Origin: Azolla caroliniana
Lineage: Eukaryota; Plantae; Polypodiophyta
Direction: 5' to 3'
Length of the DNA stretch: 64,000 bases
Assembly: GCA_043228905.1 (NCBI GenBank)
Contig: JBHGNT010000012.1
Span: forward strand, 20,088,001-20,152,000
The position numbers and the translations under genes were made by a program. Numbering within the stretch: the stretch's first letter is position 1; every line of letters starts with the position of its first letter. Positions 38,427-51,600 of the stretch are shown in pieces. The notes beneath the pieces are model-generated. The model did not search any database. It worked only from the letters and a program-made list of their open reading frames with translations, and was not told the origin of the DNA.

Positions 38427-38780
38427 CTCCATGTTGACTTCTTGTTATCTTTATAACTGATACGTGTCGTGGTGATGCCACGTGTATGCTGATGTGGCAT
38501 GTCCCGTGCATCGGGATGTGACATGTGTCATTGCTGATGTGGCATGTGCCATGAATCGTGATGTGACACGTGTCATTGCTGATGTGGCGTATATGTGTCG
38601 TGATGTGCCGTGTCACTCCATGTTGACTTCTAGTTATCTTTAACCAGTGGGCATGTGTCGTGATCTGACATGTGACATGTGTCTGTGAACGCTGATGCGG
38701 CATGTGACATGTGTGGTGCAAAGTTCAAACGTTGATGTGGCATGTGTCGTGATGTGACATGCGTCCTGCGTCGTGTGCCC
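38427..38780. repeat. Degenerate GATGTGGCATGTGTC-type minisatellite with a ~190-bp duplication, upstream of the RING gene
   Basis: Repeated gatgtg(g/a)catgtgtc words; ctccatgttgacttct(t/a)gttatcttta at about 38427 and 38616. Confidence 0.8.
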
Positions 38781-39756
38781 GTAACATTGTGTGTTGTTCA
38801 TCGGAAGAGAAAGGACAGAGAATAAAAGGTCGAGTTTATCACAATCCTTGGGATTCTGTTCTGGTCGAAGTGTTGATCCAAAGACAAATGATTTAGAGAA
38901 AGAAAAAGATTACAAGGGGGAAAAAAAAAGGAGTTTCGGTGTCGGTTCGGCTTTGTTTAACAGGCACGTATGTGTATCCGTAGAATTGAATGAACTATTC
39001 GTACTATAATAAAAGAAAATATGAACGTAAGATGGACTGTCAAATGCCATGTAGTTAGAACTTTTTGGACGTGAAGACATGAACAAGTGAAGGACCGAAA
39101 ATGGGTAGGAGAGCATGGCTCAAAACGGTAAGAGCTAGCCTCTAGTAACTGAAAATGATCAAAGGCTTGAAACTCCTCAAAGGTGATTGAATGAAAAAGG
39201 TAGACCCGCCCGCCTTATATGTAGGTGACACGGCAAGAATGGAATATGTATATTAAATATTAATGGTTGGCATAAATCTTCTTGAAGTTAGGCACCTATG
39301 AAAGGATAAGGACAAGTGCATGCACTTATGTTAAATCTCAATGGTTGACGTACATATTGCTGAAGCCAGGTCGATGCAATGATAAGGACAAGTGCATGCT
39401 CAAAAGAAAACACAATGGTGCATATTAAGAAGATAGGATTTTATTTTTATTTGAGAAGAAATCTTTTGAAATCTATAATATGAGCAAGAGAGCTCATTGT
39501 TGGGGATCAGAAGCTTTTTTATCCCCTCGACTCTTTTTTACTTTAAATTCTTCTTGCAAGTCCGATAACATATCAAGTTGAAGAGACTAGCATTCTTTGC
39601 CCTATAAGGATTAGATCGTGTTGGGAATAGAATACAATTATGATCCTTAACTACTAAACAATATTTATGGTTATACTTAATGATAGGTTAATCAATTATA
39701 GGAAAGATTAACCCCTGTTTATGATTAATCAACAAGATATAGATACAATATTCTTA

Positions 39757-39758
<2 letters not shown>

Positions 39759-39847
<89 letters not shown>
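39759..39847. repeat. Compound (AT)n(AG)n microsatellite
   Basis: Direct reading. Confidence 0.95.
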
Positions 39848-39850
<3 letters not shown>

Positions 39851-41565
39851 AAAGGTTTACTCTTAACAATGTGAACGCTAGACTCATTAATGGCAAATTG
39901 CTAACAAAGATAACACAAACAACAATGGTAACAATAAAATTTGAAGGTGGTTATTTCTCACTTGCGTAGACTCTACATAGTTTGGGGAATTTACAAGGTG
40001 CTCATGACTAGCTTCTAGCAATAATTATAATATTGACAGTGATGCCAAAGATGTAACATCTTTTAGCATCCTTCTTGAATTCACTTCTCACTCGGGTATT
40101 CTTTTGAGAACCATGACCTCGAGATCCATGTGTAGGGATGTAACACCATCTACCTTATTGTTGGCAAGATTGACTACAACGAGTGTCAAGTCACTCTCAA
40201 GCTACTTATACCTAGATAGTAGACTAACTACTACAACACACTTTAATCCTAATATATGACATAATCATTTTCATGAGGTTAATTAAACACTTAAATTCAT
40301 GTGAGACTTCACCATGACTCAAGCACTCGAATGAAGAGCGATAAAGGGAGAAATCAACAATTAGACTCTAGTTCCAATCCATGTTAATATAATTAGAAGT
40401 TATGAAGATACAAAGCTTAGGCTTATAACATATAATTAGGTAGATGTGTGAGAGAGAGAGAGGCTTGGGCCTTAACCCCCGATGAAAGGTTTATAATTTC
40501 ACCTTTATAATTATTCCTTAATTAATAACAACTATGTCCTTTCACACTTGGGAGGGTATAAAGGACGTTTATAAATGTTACCTCTACAGCCCATTACAAT
40601 GTTAGGCTCTTTCTCTAGTACTTCTATAAAGAGTGTTTAGTGTGTCCTTAGATCATAGCATCGGATGTGACATGCTTAGAGGATATTTAACAACTATGAA
40701 CAATTGGTTGATTACACTAGTGATGTTTTTTTTGTTTGGAACATCAACCGTCAATGGTTTTCAAATTTTGTTCCATGTCTTTGACTCCAAGTTTGTGTGG
40801 TTACGTTCTTAATATTTGGTGAATTAGGAAATTTATTCTCCTTGTTATCATACTATGGAAACTATAGAGAACATTATCAACACTCCTAATAAAACCATGG
40901 ACTCCCATCGCCACTACCTAGAAAAGTCTACCTTTAGTACTCTAGCTAGCTCCTAGCTTAACATCACATCGTCGTCATCCAAGAGGAATGCGTGACAACC
41001 ATCGATTACAATGTAATGCTCAAATCCTAATCCATCTAGAGAAAAGTTTTATTTTTCTCAATTGAGTTTTCCCACTATGAAATACATCATCATCATGACA
41101 ATATTTCCTTGTGTTCTAATTGATTAATGACATAGAAAAGAATAACTAATAAAAGAGTATGAATGCATATGGTATTGCCGAAAAGCGATCAAGTAAATGA
41201 TTGTTGATTTTTATTGCCACCCATTTTGATGTACAAAGATGATTTCCCATTTCACATACAAGTGATTATTATAGAATAGTGGAACACATGTTTCAATAGA
41301 ACACATTCTTGGCATTTATCTAGAAAGGTAGAGTATGCATTATCCAAGTGCAAAATCTTGTTTGTTGGAAGTACTATAATTAGAAGCTCCTTTGTGCAAC
41401 TTGTTTTTCAATGGCCATGAATTGTGTGGCATTCTATGTCATTGGAAAGAAGTCATAATTGAGCTTCAATGCCTCATACACATAGAACTCATATACACCA
41501 CCAACTAGTTTCGCGGGTGCCATGCAACACATGTTTTCGAAGAATGATCGGGTGCACTCTCGATT

Positions 41566-41771
41566 GTGATCAAGCCATAAGTCTTACGTGAACCTGGTTC
41601 TCTATCTTTATCAGTCATGATCAGGCCATAAGCCTTACGTGAACTCGATTCTCTACCTATATCGGTTGTGATCAAGCCATAAGCCTTACGTGAACCTGAT
41701 TCTCTACCTTTATCGGTCGTGATGAAGCCTTTAGCCTTACAGAAATGATCAAGCCATTAGCCTTACATGAA
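41566..41771. repeat. ~52-bp tandem repeat (3 units plus partials) upstream of the ferredoxin gene
   Basis: Unit similar to GTGATCAAGCCATAAGCCTTACGTGAACCTGATTCTCTACCTTTATCGGTC; each full unit contains TACGTG. Confidence 0.85.
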
Positions 41772-42152
41772 TGCGGTCCTAAATTTATTGGTCGGAATGG
41801 CCACACGCCACACACACACACACACATATGTACATATATGTTTCGAAAGAGACGTGTCTACGACTTGGTTCGAATGAGGCCAACAATATCAACTATTTAC
41901 AAATGTAGGCTCTTTCCCCACACATGGCCTAAACATAACACAGTGTAGGCTCTTTTTCGTAAACGGTTTGGTTTAAATGGCTTCATAAATTTTAAACGGT
42001 TTGGTTTCAAGGCCAAGAAACCGAACCGAGCCGAGCCGAAACCGAAACCGGGCCCATTTCTATGTACACCACCACACTTAGTTAAAGGCCAGGTCTAAGA
42101 GGAGGAAGACCACCTAAAAACAGAGTAACTTTTGAAGCTCTTGGCAATAGCT

Positions 42153-42628
42153 ATGGCTATGGCTATGGCTCAGCTTGTTGCTGTAATGGGGTTTGAGCTA
42201 AAAGCTCAGCATCTGCAGCAGCCATGGTGGAGAAGGAGGAGGTCTCATTCTACAACCGACAAGAGATATAATGTCTTCATCCAATGCTCTTCCAGTGAGT
42301 ACATACATTATCTATCTCTATCTCTCTCTATCTATATATGTGATATTTAGCCAGAGAGAGAAATAGAGGGGTCTTTTTTCTGTGCAGAAGATGTTCTATT
42401 CATTCTTGTTTCTGATGTTTATAAACACATGATCCTGAGCACCCCCGAAAGTTCTTGGATTTTGTTTATAAGAATAGCCTTCCTTTACCTTTGATCTCAG
42501 ATAGATATGGAGGTAGTAGTGGTAGCCCTAAGACAGGATCTGTGGGCTCCCAAAGGCTCAAAGAAGGAGCTCTTCCTGGCACCTATTGGAATAGCAAGTA
42601 AGCCTGTGTTTATTTTCTATGTTTTTAT

Positions 42629-42664
<36 letters not shown>

Positions 42665-44664
42665 CTATATCCCTCTGTATTTGTGAATTTTTTCAGATGG
42701 AAATTTGTTTTTTTTTTTATGTATTTCGATGAGATATACATATGATAAGAGACAAAATTTTCTGTTGTATCGTGTTTCTAGTGTAGAAAATTTGTATAGT
42801 ATAGTGAGAGTGGCATTCTCTTTAGATCATTATGTGGCACATATTCATTGGCTCCAGACGAAAACTGAATCAGCAGTGTTGACACAAGTGGTATTTGCTC
42901 ATTGGCTCATCCAGAGGAAGAATTGAAAGGCAGTAGTGGCGCATATTCATTGGCTCCAGAAAAGAAAATTGGTTGTCTTTAGCATATTGAAGGACAGATT
43001 TGTTGGTTCGAGAAATTGGAATAATGGGGTATGTACACAGATTCATATAATATACATATCGATACACATGAATCAACAGAAATGGGCTGGTTTCCATTGA
43101 CGCCCATTCCTTTAAACATTAGCAATCTAAATAGAAAAGGGTACCGTTTGAAAGGGTTACAGAAAAAGTGCGTTTTGTTCATGAGAAAATCTGCAAGATA
43201 AGGGTAATTATTCCATATACCAATGGCACATGATATTTATTCTAGGGCACTTGAGATTTTCCTATTGATTTTTGTCATATCTTTTACTAGAGAATCATGG
43301 TTGCTCCATTTTTGGATGTAGTGCAGAGCTTGGAGGTGATGTCAGAGTAGCGTTCAACAAAGGAACTGAAACGGTAACAAAATTTCAGTCACATTTTTAA
43401 GCTCAAAACAGATGGGAGATTAACTACACCAAAGTGCCTCATATGTTGTTATTCCTGAATCCTAACAAGAGTCTCCTTTAATCAGCTCTCTAATGATTCG
43501 ATTGCATTCTGGCTTTGTGCAGGTGATTGAAGCCGCGAGAGTTGGGGAGAATCTGTTGCGTGTAGCGGAGCGATGTGGAGCTATGGTTCCAAATCCTGTA
43601 AGGATGCGTATATTTTCATATGGAAAAAAACTCCTAAATACTTCCTAAGCTTGTCATTATTCTCGCAAATGCTGGCGAGTTTCCGGTATTTCCCCAAAGG
43701 AGCTTCATGAAACCCTCTGAAAGAGAGGATGAATCAACCAAAATAAGCGTGTAACATGATTGCTCTTTCAGAGGGTTTGACCAAGCCGGCATTTTTGGGG
43801 GTGGGCGGAATGATTTGGATCCCGTATCTCTCTAATGATTTAAACCTTGGTCATGCTATTAGGACTTCTGCTTTGAAGGGTCTTGTTGTCATTGTGAGAT
43901 GGAGGTTGTTGGAGGAGCATCTGAGGTTCTCTTTTTTTGCTTCATTTAAAAAAAAATTCTACCTGATAATTAGTTCTTTTCTTTAAAAAGTTCCAAGAAA
44001 ACTATTTGTTTTTCCTTGGTGAATTTGTTTAGGTTAGCTCAGATGCAAGCAATAAGAAGATTGAGGAGCTTGTGAGAGGTTGTATTTGCCCTGTAAGTTC
44101 ATATATACATGCATATATACATACATAGCTTGCATTCATGCATGCATATATACATACCCACCTTACAGACATACCTTGCATTCATGCATGCATACATACA
44201 TATAAGATTTTATTGATTGATTTATTTCCACAATTCAAGTAGATTCCTTATTTGAGTTTTTATATTAAATTATACATAGATGTTTGTTTTTTTTTCCCAT
44301 TATTCAATATTTTGAATAATACACACACATGCATATGCTCTACATTTTCAAGCTTTACACATTTTACTTAAGTTTTTGAGGATTTTGTTTTAACTATATG
44401 TTTAAAGTGATCTTCTTTCAAGTTTTGTTTACATTTTCTTTTTCATGAAGTCAATACGGCAAAGCCCTCCCAAGGATTGTTGATGTTGATGTTTTGTGTC
44501 TCTTGTTTGGCCTCCTTGGCTCTTTCTAGCCTCTGAAAAAACCTTAATATAACTTTTCTTTCCTTCCCTGTATATGTATTATTTATTAGGTTCCTATGAG
44601 GGAAGGATGTGTACAAGTTAATATGATCAATGAAGAGGATGTGTGGGGCGATCAAGTTCTCTAA
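42153..44664 (+). CDS. Putative plastid-targeted 2Fe-2S ferredoxin-like protein, 187 aa; exons 42153-42294, 42501-42597, 43322-43373, 43523-43597, 43863-43925, 44033-44092, 44590-44664
   Basis: All introns GT-AG with consistent phases (564 nt); product ends ...VRVAFNKGTETVIEAARVGENLLRVAERCGAMVPNPDFCFEGSCCHCEMEVVGGASE...LVRGCICPVPMREGCVQVNMINEEDVWGDQVL*; Cx4Cx2C...C ligand motif; Ser/Arg-rich transit-peptide-like N-terminus. The exon 2/3 junction is the least certain. Confidence 0.85.
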
Positions 44665-46499
44665 CTTCCATTTCCATGGTCAACTCAGAAATTTTCTCTA
44701 ACTTCCATTTCCACGGTCTTCAACTCAGAAAATTCTTCCCCTTTTTCTTAACAAGAACAATCTGGATGTTAAAAAAATATATCAAGATGTCATCACTTCT
44801 ATTGTATCAAATGCAATTTGGCCAAGGTGATCATTTGTAAGAGAAAGAGAGTGTATACTACAAACTCATATGCATATACATCGTGCATACATATTATACT
44901 TTGGGATGCATTGATTGATGCCTTGTGCTCAATTATAGGCTTTCTCTCTCTTTGGAGGGATTATGGTTTGGTAAAGAGTCATTACCTAACCCTTATGTTT
45001 ATTTGTAATGAAAGCTAAAGCTGTTTATTGGCTTATTGTAGTATTAACAATAATAAAGATTAGTATCTGTTAATAACATCCAAAAGACCAATATTCTATA
45101 AATGATGCGGAGATATGCATGCTGAGGAGGAACCATTACGGTTCTAAACTAACAGAAATGCAAATACAGATTATTGTGAAGTTTAGACAGAACTTTGATA
45201 AGATGAAACTGATTACATTCAAGGACTAGGTGATTTTCATTTCCAACTCTATTGCGGTATAAATAATGTGTATAACATGCGTACTGAGGTTGAAGCAAGA
45301 AGTTTTGAATTAAGAGAGATACAGATTATTGTGGGATTTAGGTAGAAGTTACATGAACAAAGATCAAAATGCTTACATTCAAGAAGATTAAGTGATTTTT
45401 ATTTACATCTATTTTGTAGAACACATCCTTGGTACTAGTAGGAGATTAGGCAATTATTGTCAACAAAAGATGATGACTTGAAGAATAGGAGCCTAGGTTG
45501 AAGAAGGTTTTCAAGAATATCAATCCTAGTCAAAGAAGATTACAAACCCATTTAGAATATTATGAAGATTAAGAGGTCATCCCCTTGTAGAAGATGATGA
45601 TGAACGAGGAGAAATGAAGAAGATTTTTCGACTAGCTTTCCTCTAATGCCTATGCATGATAGATTCTTTTTCCTCTCGTTTAAGCTTAAATGTGCATATG
45701 GAACCTAAACATATGGGTAAAACAAGTAGACATTCCTCATATCCCAAACTTTGGGTAGGATTTTCCCTTGTTTGTATTTCAACAACCTACAAGCAAGTCA
45801 CTTTAGGCGTGTTTGATTGATGGTATGTTATTAAGCAAGTATAGGAAAATGCAAGGGGCCGATTATAGGAGGGTTTGAGAGAGAGGTACAAGTCATAAAC
45901 CTCTAATTGTTCCTAGAGAATATTAGATACAAAATTTATTGAATTTCTCCATTGTGTAAGGTTTCCCTTGAATGCAAGATATGCAAAATTTCCACTCTTT
46001 TTAAACGCTCCTACAAGACCAATATTATGAGTGTTGATGAAAGTACTAATGACGAGAATGATGTTAACATCAATTATTATTTCACTCACTTTAATTCCAC
46101 AATTTTAAGTGGGTTGGACATCGTGGATATTCCACAATATCCAACCCACCAAAAATTGCGGAATTAAGACATCAACCAAAGTTGGTCTTTGCTCTTGCAT
46201 GTCATCTAGATTAGATGTCTACTCAATTGTTTTTTGGAAGAATTTTTCAAAAGTCCTTGTATGGGGCCGTATTTCACTTGACAACTTGAAGTGTGCCTAC
46301 GATAAACTCTTCATAGAAGTACTAACAATGGTGGCTTGGTGCGTAGAGCTTCAAACAACAATGTAGCCAAACACTGATGATTTATTAACTCTAGTAGCCA
46401 TACAAGGCAAACCCTCGAAACTAATTGTGATTTTTGGGTGTTAGCCAAGTTTATGGTTATTTATGTGATCAACATCTCAAGCAATTTGAAAGGCTTGGT

Positions 46500-47170
46500 G
46501 GTAGTGCAAAAGCTTTGAGTCGAGAAACTATCACACTATAACCACAAACATTCATATGTGAAGTGTATGTCCATGTGCCAAAGTGGTGCCAGAAGTTGGA
46601 TTCATAGTTGACAAAATTTGTTATTCTCGGATATGGGCTTGCTAGGTTTGGCTATTGGATGTTTAGGTGGTGTCATTGTCAGAAACTTCAAATACAAGTT
46701 AGAGCTCATTGAATGATAGACAAGAGTCAACCTACATTGAAAAGATCGACCACCTTGAGCCATTAAGCCAAGTGGATGAGATAATTTAAGCCTAGAGATC
46801 ACCCAGGGATCAAATGAATTGGGGTGATCATATTTGATAGAAGAAACGTTTAACTCAAAGAGTGAACAAGTGGATCATATCAAATCACTAACGGCCATAA
46901 AGGGCATTAGTAGATCCTCGAGGATAGGTGTATCATGTAGCATAATCAAGAAACACTAAAGAGATCAAGGAAATGATACTTCGAGTTTCAAATAGGAACC
47001 ACCACTTTGACAAATACTTTCGGGGTAAACATGCCAATAAGTTTGTACCAAGCGAAGACCACTTGATGCTCATAGATAATGGGGAGACCATATGTTACAA
47101 AGAGACAATGGAGTTTGAAGATATTGAAATGAAGGCTATCCATGAAGAGCACGATGGAATTGATTCACAT
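46500..47170 (+). pseudogene. Highly degraded Copia pol remnant
   Basis: About 46620 reads ..LFSDMG/LFLGYG-like; ORF 46973 contains HLMLIDNGETICYKETM (compare VLLTDEGEPESFEEA in Copia B). Confidence 0.45.
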
Positions 47171-47869
47171 ATCAACTTTAGGAAGTCCCGCCTCCAACCC
47201 TAAACTTCCTCTATCGAATTGGTGTCCTTTTCATCACCCAACACATCAATCTAACCAAAGACCATCATCCTCGCCATCCACTTGCACCCAATCCACAACA
47301 CATTTACATTTACATTCACCTCCACCTAACCCTCCCCCCTTCATTCACCCCTATCTGTCCTTCTCCACCTCCCCCTACTTTTGTGATTCACACATTTCTC
47401 TGAAGATCTTCATCCTCAACATCCATTTTCACCCCATCATCCCCCTCTCCTCACATCCTATGTCCCACTTCACTTATTGTTCTCTCTTCCATCCCCATTG
47501 CTCCTCGTTCCCCACCCCCTATTTCTAAAAACTCCATCAAACTTGAGTAGCCCTCCTCCACATTGTCATCCTTAGCACAACGAGAGTGTGGTATCAAGGT
47601 AATATCTATAAACATTTTGTACCCTCCAAAGTGTGAAAGAGACATAATTGTACTGTTGATGAATAAGGAACAACTATAAATCTTTTGTAAAGGTTCTTCC
47701 TCAATTTATATATCTCCCTATAGTTAAAGCTTAAGTATATAATAGAGAGGTGAGTAAAAAGAAGAAGAAATTAAGTCCCATAGGTCATATTTGACCTCCG
47801 AAGACAATAATATAATCTCTCTCTCTCTCTCTCTCTCTCTACTTCATCGTGAAATTCGTGAAAGCTATG

Positions 47870-48096
47870 ATGATATATTAAGAGGGGCCGACGACTTGAG
47901 TATCATAGTAAAGAGAACACCTAGAAGGTTGAGCTCATAGTTGTATGCTTTATTCGTAAACTGAGACTTGGTGCTTCAAAGTATGAATATCCCTTCTTAG
48001 GAGGGAGACACGCATCAAGATAATTTTTGCACTTTCGGTCCTATGGTTTCAATATTGGCCTCTCTATGGACGCTAAAAAAATCTATCTATCTATCT
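47870..48096 (+). mobile_element. Short 3' fragment of the RTE-like LINE family with (ATCT)n tail
   Basis: cacctagaaggttgagctcata...ggagacac...ctctctatggacg alignable to 6190-6390 and to the reverse complement of 12780-13000. Confidence 0.7.
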
Positions 48097-48180
48097 AAAG
48101 CTATAAGCCTAGGCCCTAACCTTTGTATCATCATCAAATTATAATGTCCCCAAACTTGAATAAATGGAAGTGAAGTCATG

Positions 48181-48551
48181 TTGGATACAAGGTATCATGA
48201 TTATCATTGAGCTATAATAGCTTAGTCGTAATCATGATACCTTGTATCCTCTATCAAGCACATAAGTTATGGTTAAGCCTCACATGAATTATGTGTTTCA
48301 TTAACCTTGTGTAAGTGATTAAGTCATAGAGTAGGATTAAAGTTTCATTTCGTAGTTAGCCTACACATAGTAGCTTGAAGAGTGAATGCCACTCACTCTT
48401 GCTTGCCTTGACAACAAATGGTACTTCCACGCACATTGACCTCGAGCTGGTTCTCAAAAAAAGCACATGAGTAAGAAAGAAGTAGCTTTTGGTAATGACG
48501 CCAAAAAAGCACTACAATAGCTCAATCATAATCATGATACCTTGTATCTAA
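48181..48551. mobile_element. Fold-back/MITE-like element with ~35-bp TIRs and an extra internal arm forming a short hairpin
   Basis: GGATACAAGGTATCATGATTA (48183-48203) is perfectly inverted at 48229-48249; a longer inverted copy lies at about 48517-48551. Confidence 0.6.
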
Positions 48552-48665
48552 TATGCGGTCTATTGTTTTCTAGAGGTAATCAAGAATTTTCTACTAGGGT
48601 CAAGATTAGTTAGAGAAATTTGAGCTTCAGAGCCAATAATATAATTCATAAGATTACTGTGAGAT

Positions 48666-51600
48666 TGTAGAAAGTAGCGTGCGGAAGCAGGTATGAAGAC
48701 AAAACAGAGGAAGGAAACACAGGTTTAATGGAGAGCTTGAGCTTACACGGTATACGCAGGAGAGACAGAGAGAGAGAACACAAAAAACTATATTTCACAA
48801 TAATACTCAATCTCTGTACATAAGACGTGCTCAGTGAGCACTTTTATACAAGTCCTAAAAGGACTGACCGAAGTACTGACAGTACTTCAATGCTCATCAA
48901 GAGCCCCTACACTAACTCCCAAATATATTCCTCACGGAATATCTTTCCTAACGACCTCCCGGTTTACGCACTCGGCCTAACCGATCGGTCCCAACCGATC
49001 CGGTCCTCGGCTTCTTCAACCGATCCGGCCGATGTTGAGCTTGTCTCTCAACACTCCCCCTCAAGCTCAACTTGAGGCTCTTCGGGATCTTCACAGCACC
49101 GGTTCCTCCTGGCTTCACGCCTCGCTCGCGCTCCTCGACCTGTTCGACTCCGCGCGCTTCGACCCTTCCGGTCGGCTTGTCTGCTCATGCGGCCCTTAGC
49201 TCTTCTGATGTTGCGGTGTTGACGCTTCTTCTGCTGCCTTTTCTTCCGCTTGGGCCTCGGTTGATTCAGCGTGTCTGAATCAAACATCCGAACCGACTCG
49301 GCTACCTCTGATCGGTCTTCGCTCTCGTCCGAGTTGGCTGTCTCCAACTCGTCTTCAGTCTTCTCGCCCTCGATGGCGTCATCCTCCTCATGCGTGGTTG
49401 GCTTCGGCTCTCTCCTTCGGTTGCTCCCCTTCTGTCTGCTTCCGAACCTTTCCGCGGATCCGCCCTCGGCTTCTTCAGCCGATCCGATGTCGAACTTGTC
49501 AACCGACTCGGTGTCGCAGTGTCCGCTCCTTTCCTGCTGCCTTGCTTGGTCGTTCAGGACTGTTCTCCCCCTCAAGTTCGGCACGTCAAGGTGACGCAAC
49601 CCGAGCGCACCTGAGAATTGCCGCAACTTGTCCAGACCAAGTGGCTTGGTGAAGATGTCGGCAGCCTGCTGATCCGTCGGAACGTACTGAAGTACGACTT
49701 CACCGGAAAGGACACGCTCACGGACGAAATGGTAGTGCACCTCAATGTGTTTGGTCCGTGCGTGAAAAACAGGGTTTTTCGCGAGCTGGATGCTGCTGAG
49801 GTTGTCGCAGTAGATCGTCGTCGGATCGGACACCTCCTCTTGCAGGTCCTTAAGTAGCCGCTTCAACCATATGGCTTCGCATGTCGCGACAGCCGCTCCT
49901 CGGTACTCAGCTTCGGTGCTCGACAGGGCAACTGTCGGCTGCTTCTTACTGCTCCACGCGATTGCGGCACTCCCGAGGGAGAACGCGTATCCAGACGTGG
50001 ATCGGCGATCGGCAGCGTTGCCAGCCCAATCAGCATCGGTGTAGCCGACTAACTGCGCGGCCGCACCGGTCCGATATAGCAGTCCCCGGTCCTTAGTGCC
50101 GTTGACATACCGAAGTATGCGTTGCGCGCACTGAAGGTGCTCCTCGGTAGGTCGCGCCATGAACTGACTGATCACCCCGATCGGATAACTGAGGTCGGGT
50201 CGGGTGATGGTCAAGTATATGAGGCTTCTGACAATTTGTCGGAACCTCGTCGGGTCGCATACCTTTCCCGTATCGGGACGAAGCTTGACGGTTCTATCCA
50301 GAGGAGTCGAGACGGACTTACAGTCGGCCATCCCGAGCTTGAAGAGCATACTCAGCACGTAGTGACGTTGGCTGATCAATATGCCTTCGGGGGTACGGAT
50401 CACTTCGATCCCGAGGAAGTAATGAAGGTCCCCCAGATCCTTCATGTCAAACGATGCCGCAAGCTGGAGCTTCACGCGGTCGATTTCACCTAGGTCGGCG
50501 CCGGTGATGACCAAGTCATCAACATACAGTAAAATACTAACCGGTCTGAGTCGACCTTTCCGGATGAACAGGGAAGAGTCCGATTTTGACGTGACGAAGC
50601 CCATCCGACGCAGTTGTTGCGTGATCTTCGCGTTCCAGGCACGCGGGGCTTGCTTCAGTCCGTAAAGGGACTTCTTCAGTCGGCATACTGCCGAAGAGTT
50701 CGTTCCGGAGTGAAATCCGGGGGGCTGTACCATGTACACCTGTTCGTCAAGGTCACCTTGTAGGAACACATTCTTTACATCCATCTGATGTAAGTGCCAC
50801 CCCTTCGCCGCAGCTACTGCCAGCAAAACACGGACGGTCGTCATTTTCGTGACCGGCGCAAACGTCTCATCGTAGTCGATGCTGTGTTTCTGCGCGTAGC
50901 CCTTTGCCACTAGCCGAGCCTTGTACCGGTTGACCGAGCCATTGGTGTTGTACTTGACCTTGTACACCCATCTACACCCGATCGGCTTCACACCCTTCGG
51001 TGCGTCAACCAGGTCCCAGGTCTCGTTCTCCGCCAATGCGTGCATCTCTTCCTCCATCGCTGCACGCCAATTCGCGTCTTTAGCCGCTTTTGCGTAGCTC
51101 TCCGGCTCACGCACTTCCGCTACACGGGTCATGTACGCATAATGATGCGCCATGTACTCGTTGTAACCGAACCGCACAACTGGGTTCTTTTGGCGGGTAG
51201 ATCGGCGTAATCTCACATTAGCCGATGTCGAGGCCTTCTCGGTTGACGCGGTCTTCACCTTTAAAGACCCCTCACCAGTTCCCTCGAAGTCGGACTCGCG
51301 TCGGTCTGACTTGTTCCTTTCCGTGCCGGAATCCGACACCTTCTTCTTCCCTTTTTCTTTGCGCGTAAGCCGTCTCCTCGGCTTCCTGCGCGGGGAATGC
51401 ACGACCGAGTCTCCACTACTCGCCGACTCTTTATCGGACTGGTCGTACCGACTCAGTCGGCCAATCGGTCCACTTAACCAGAGTGAAATCGGACTCTCTT
51501 CGCGGGTCTCGATTTCAGGCTCATTCGGAGGCATCTCGGCCTCGCTGACCTCATCGTCAGAGCTCGGATTGGAGTCGGGGTTCCGAGTCGGGGGCAGGTA

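Noticed and set aside
42388-42494. Alternative exon-2 acceptor of the ferredoxin gene
   Set aside because: Leads to an in-frame TGA before the ferredoxin domain; the acceptor at 42500 keeps the frame.
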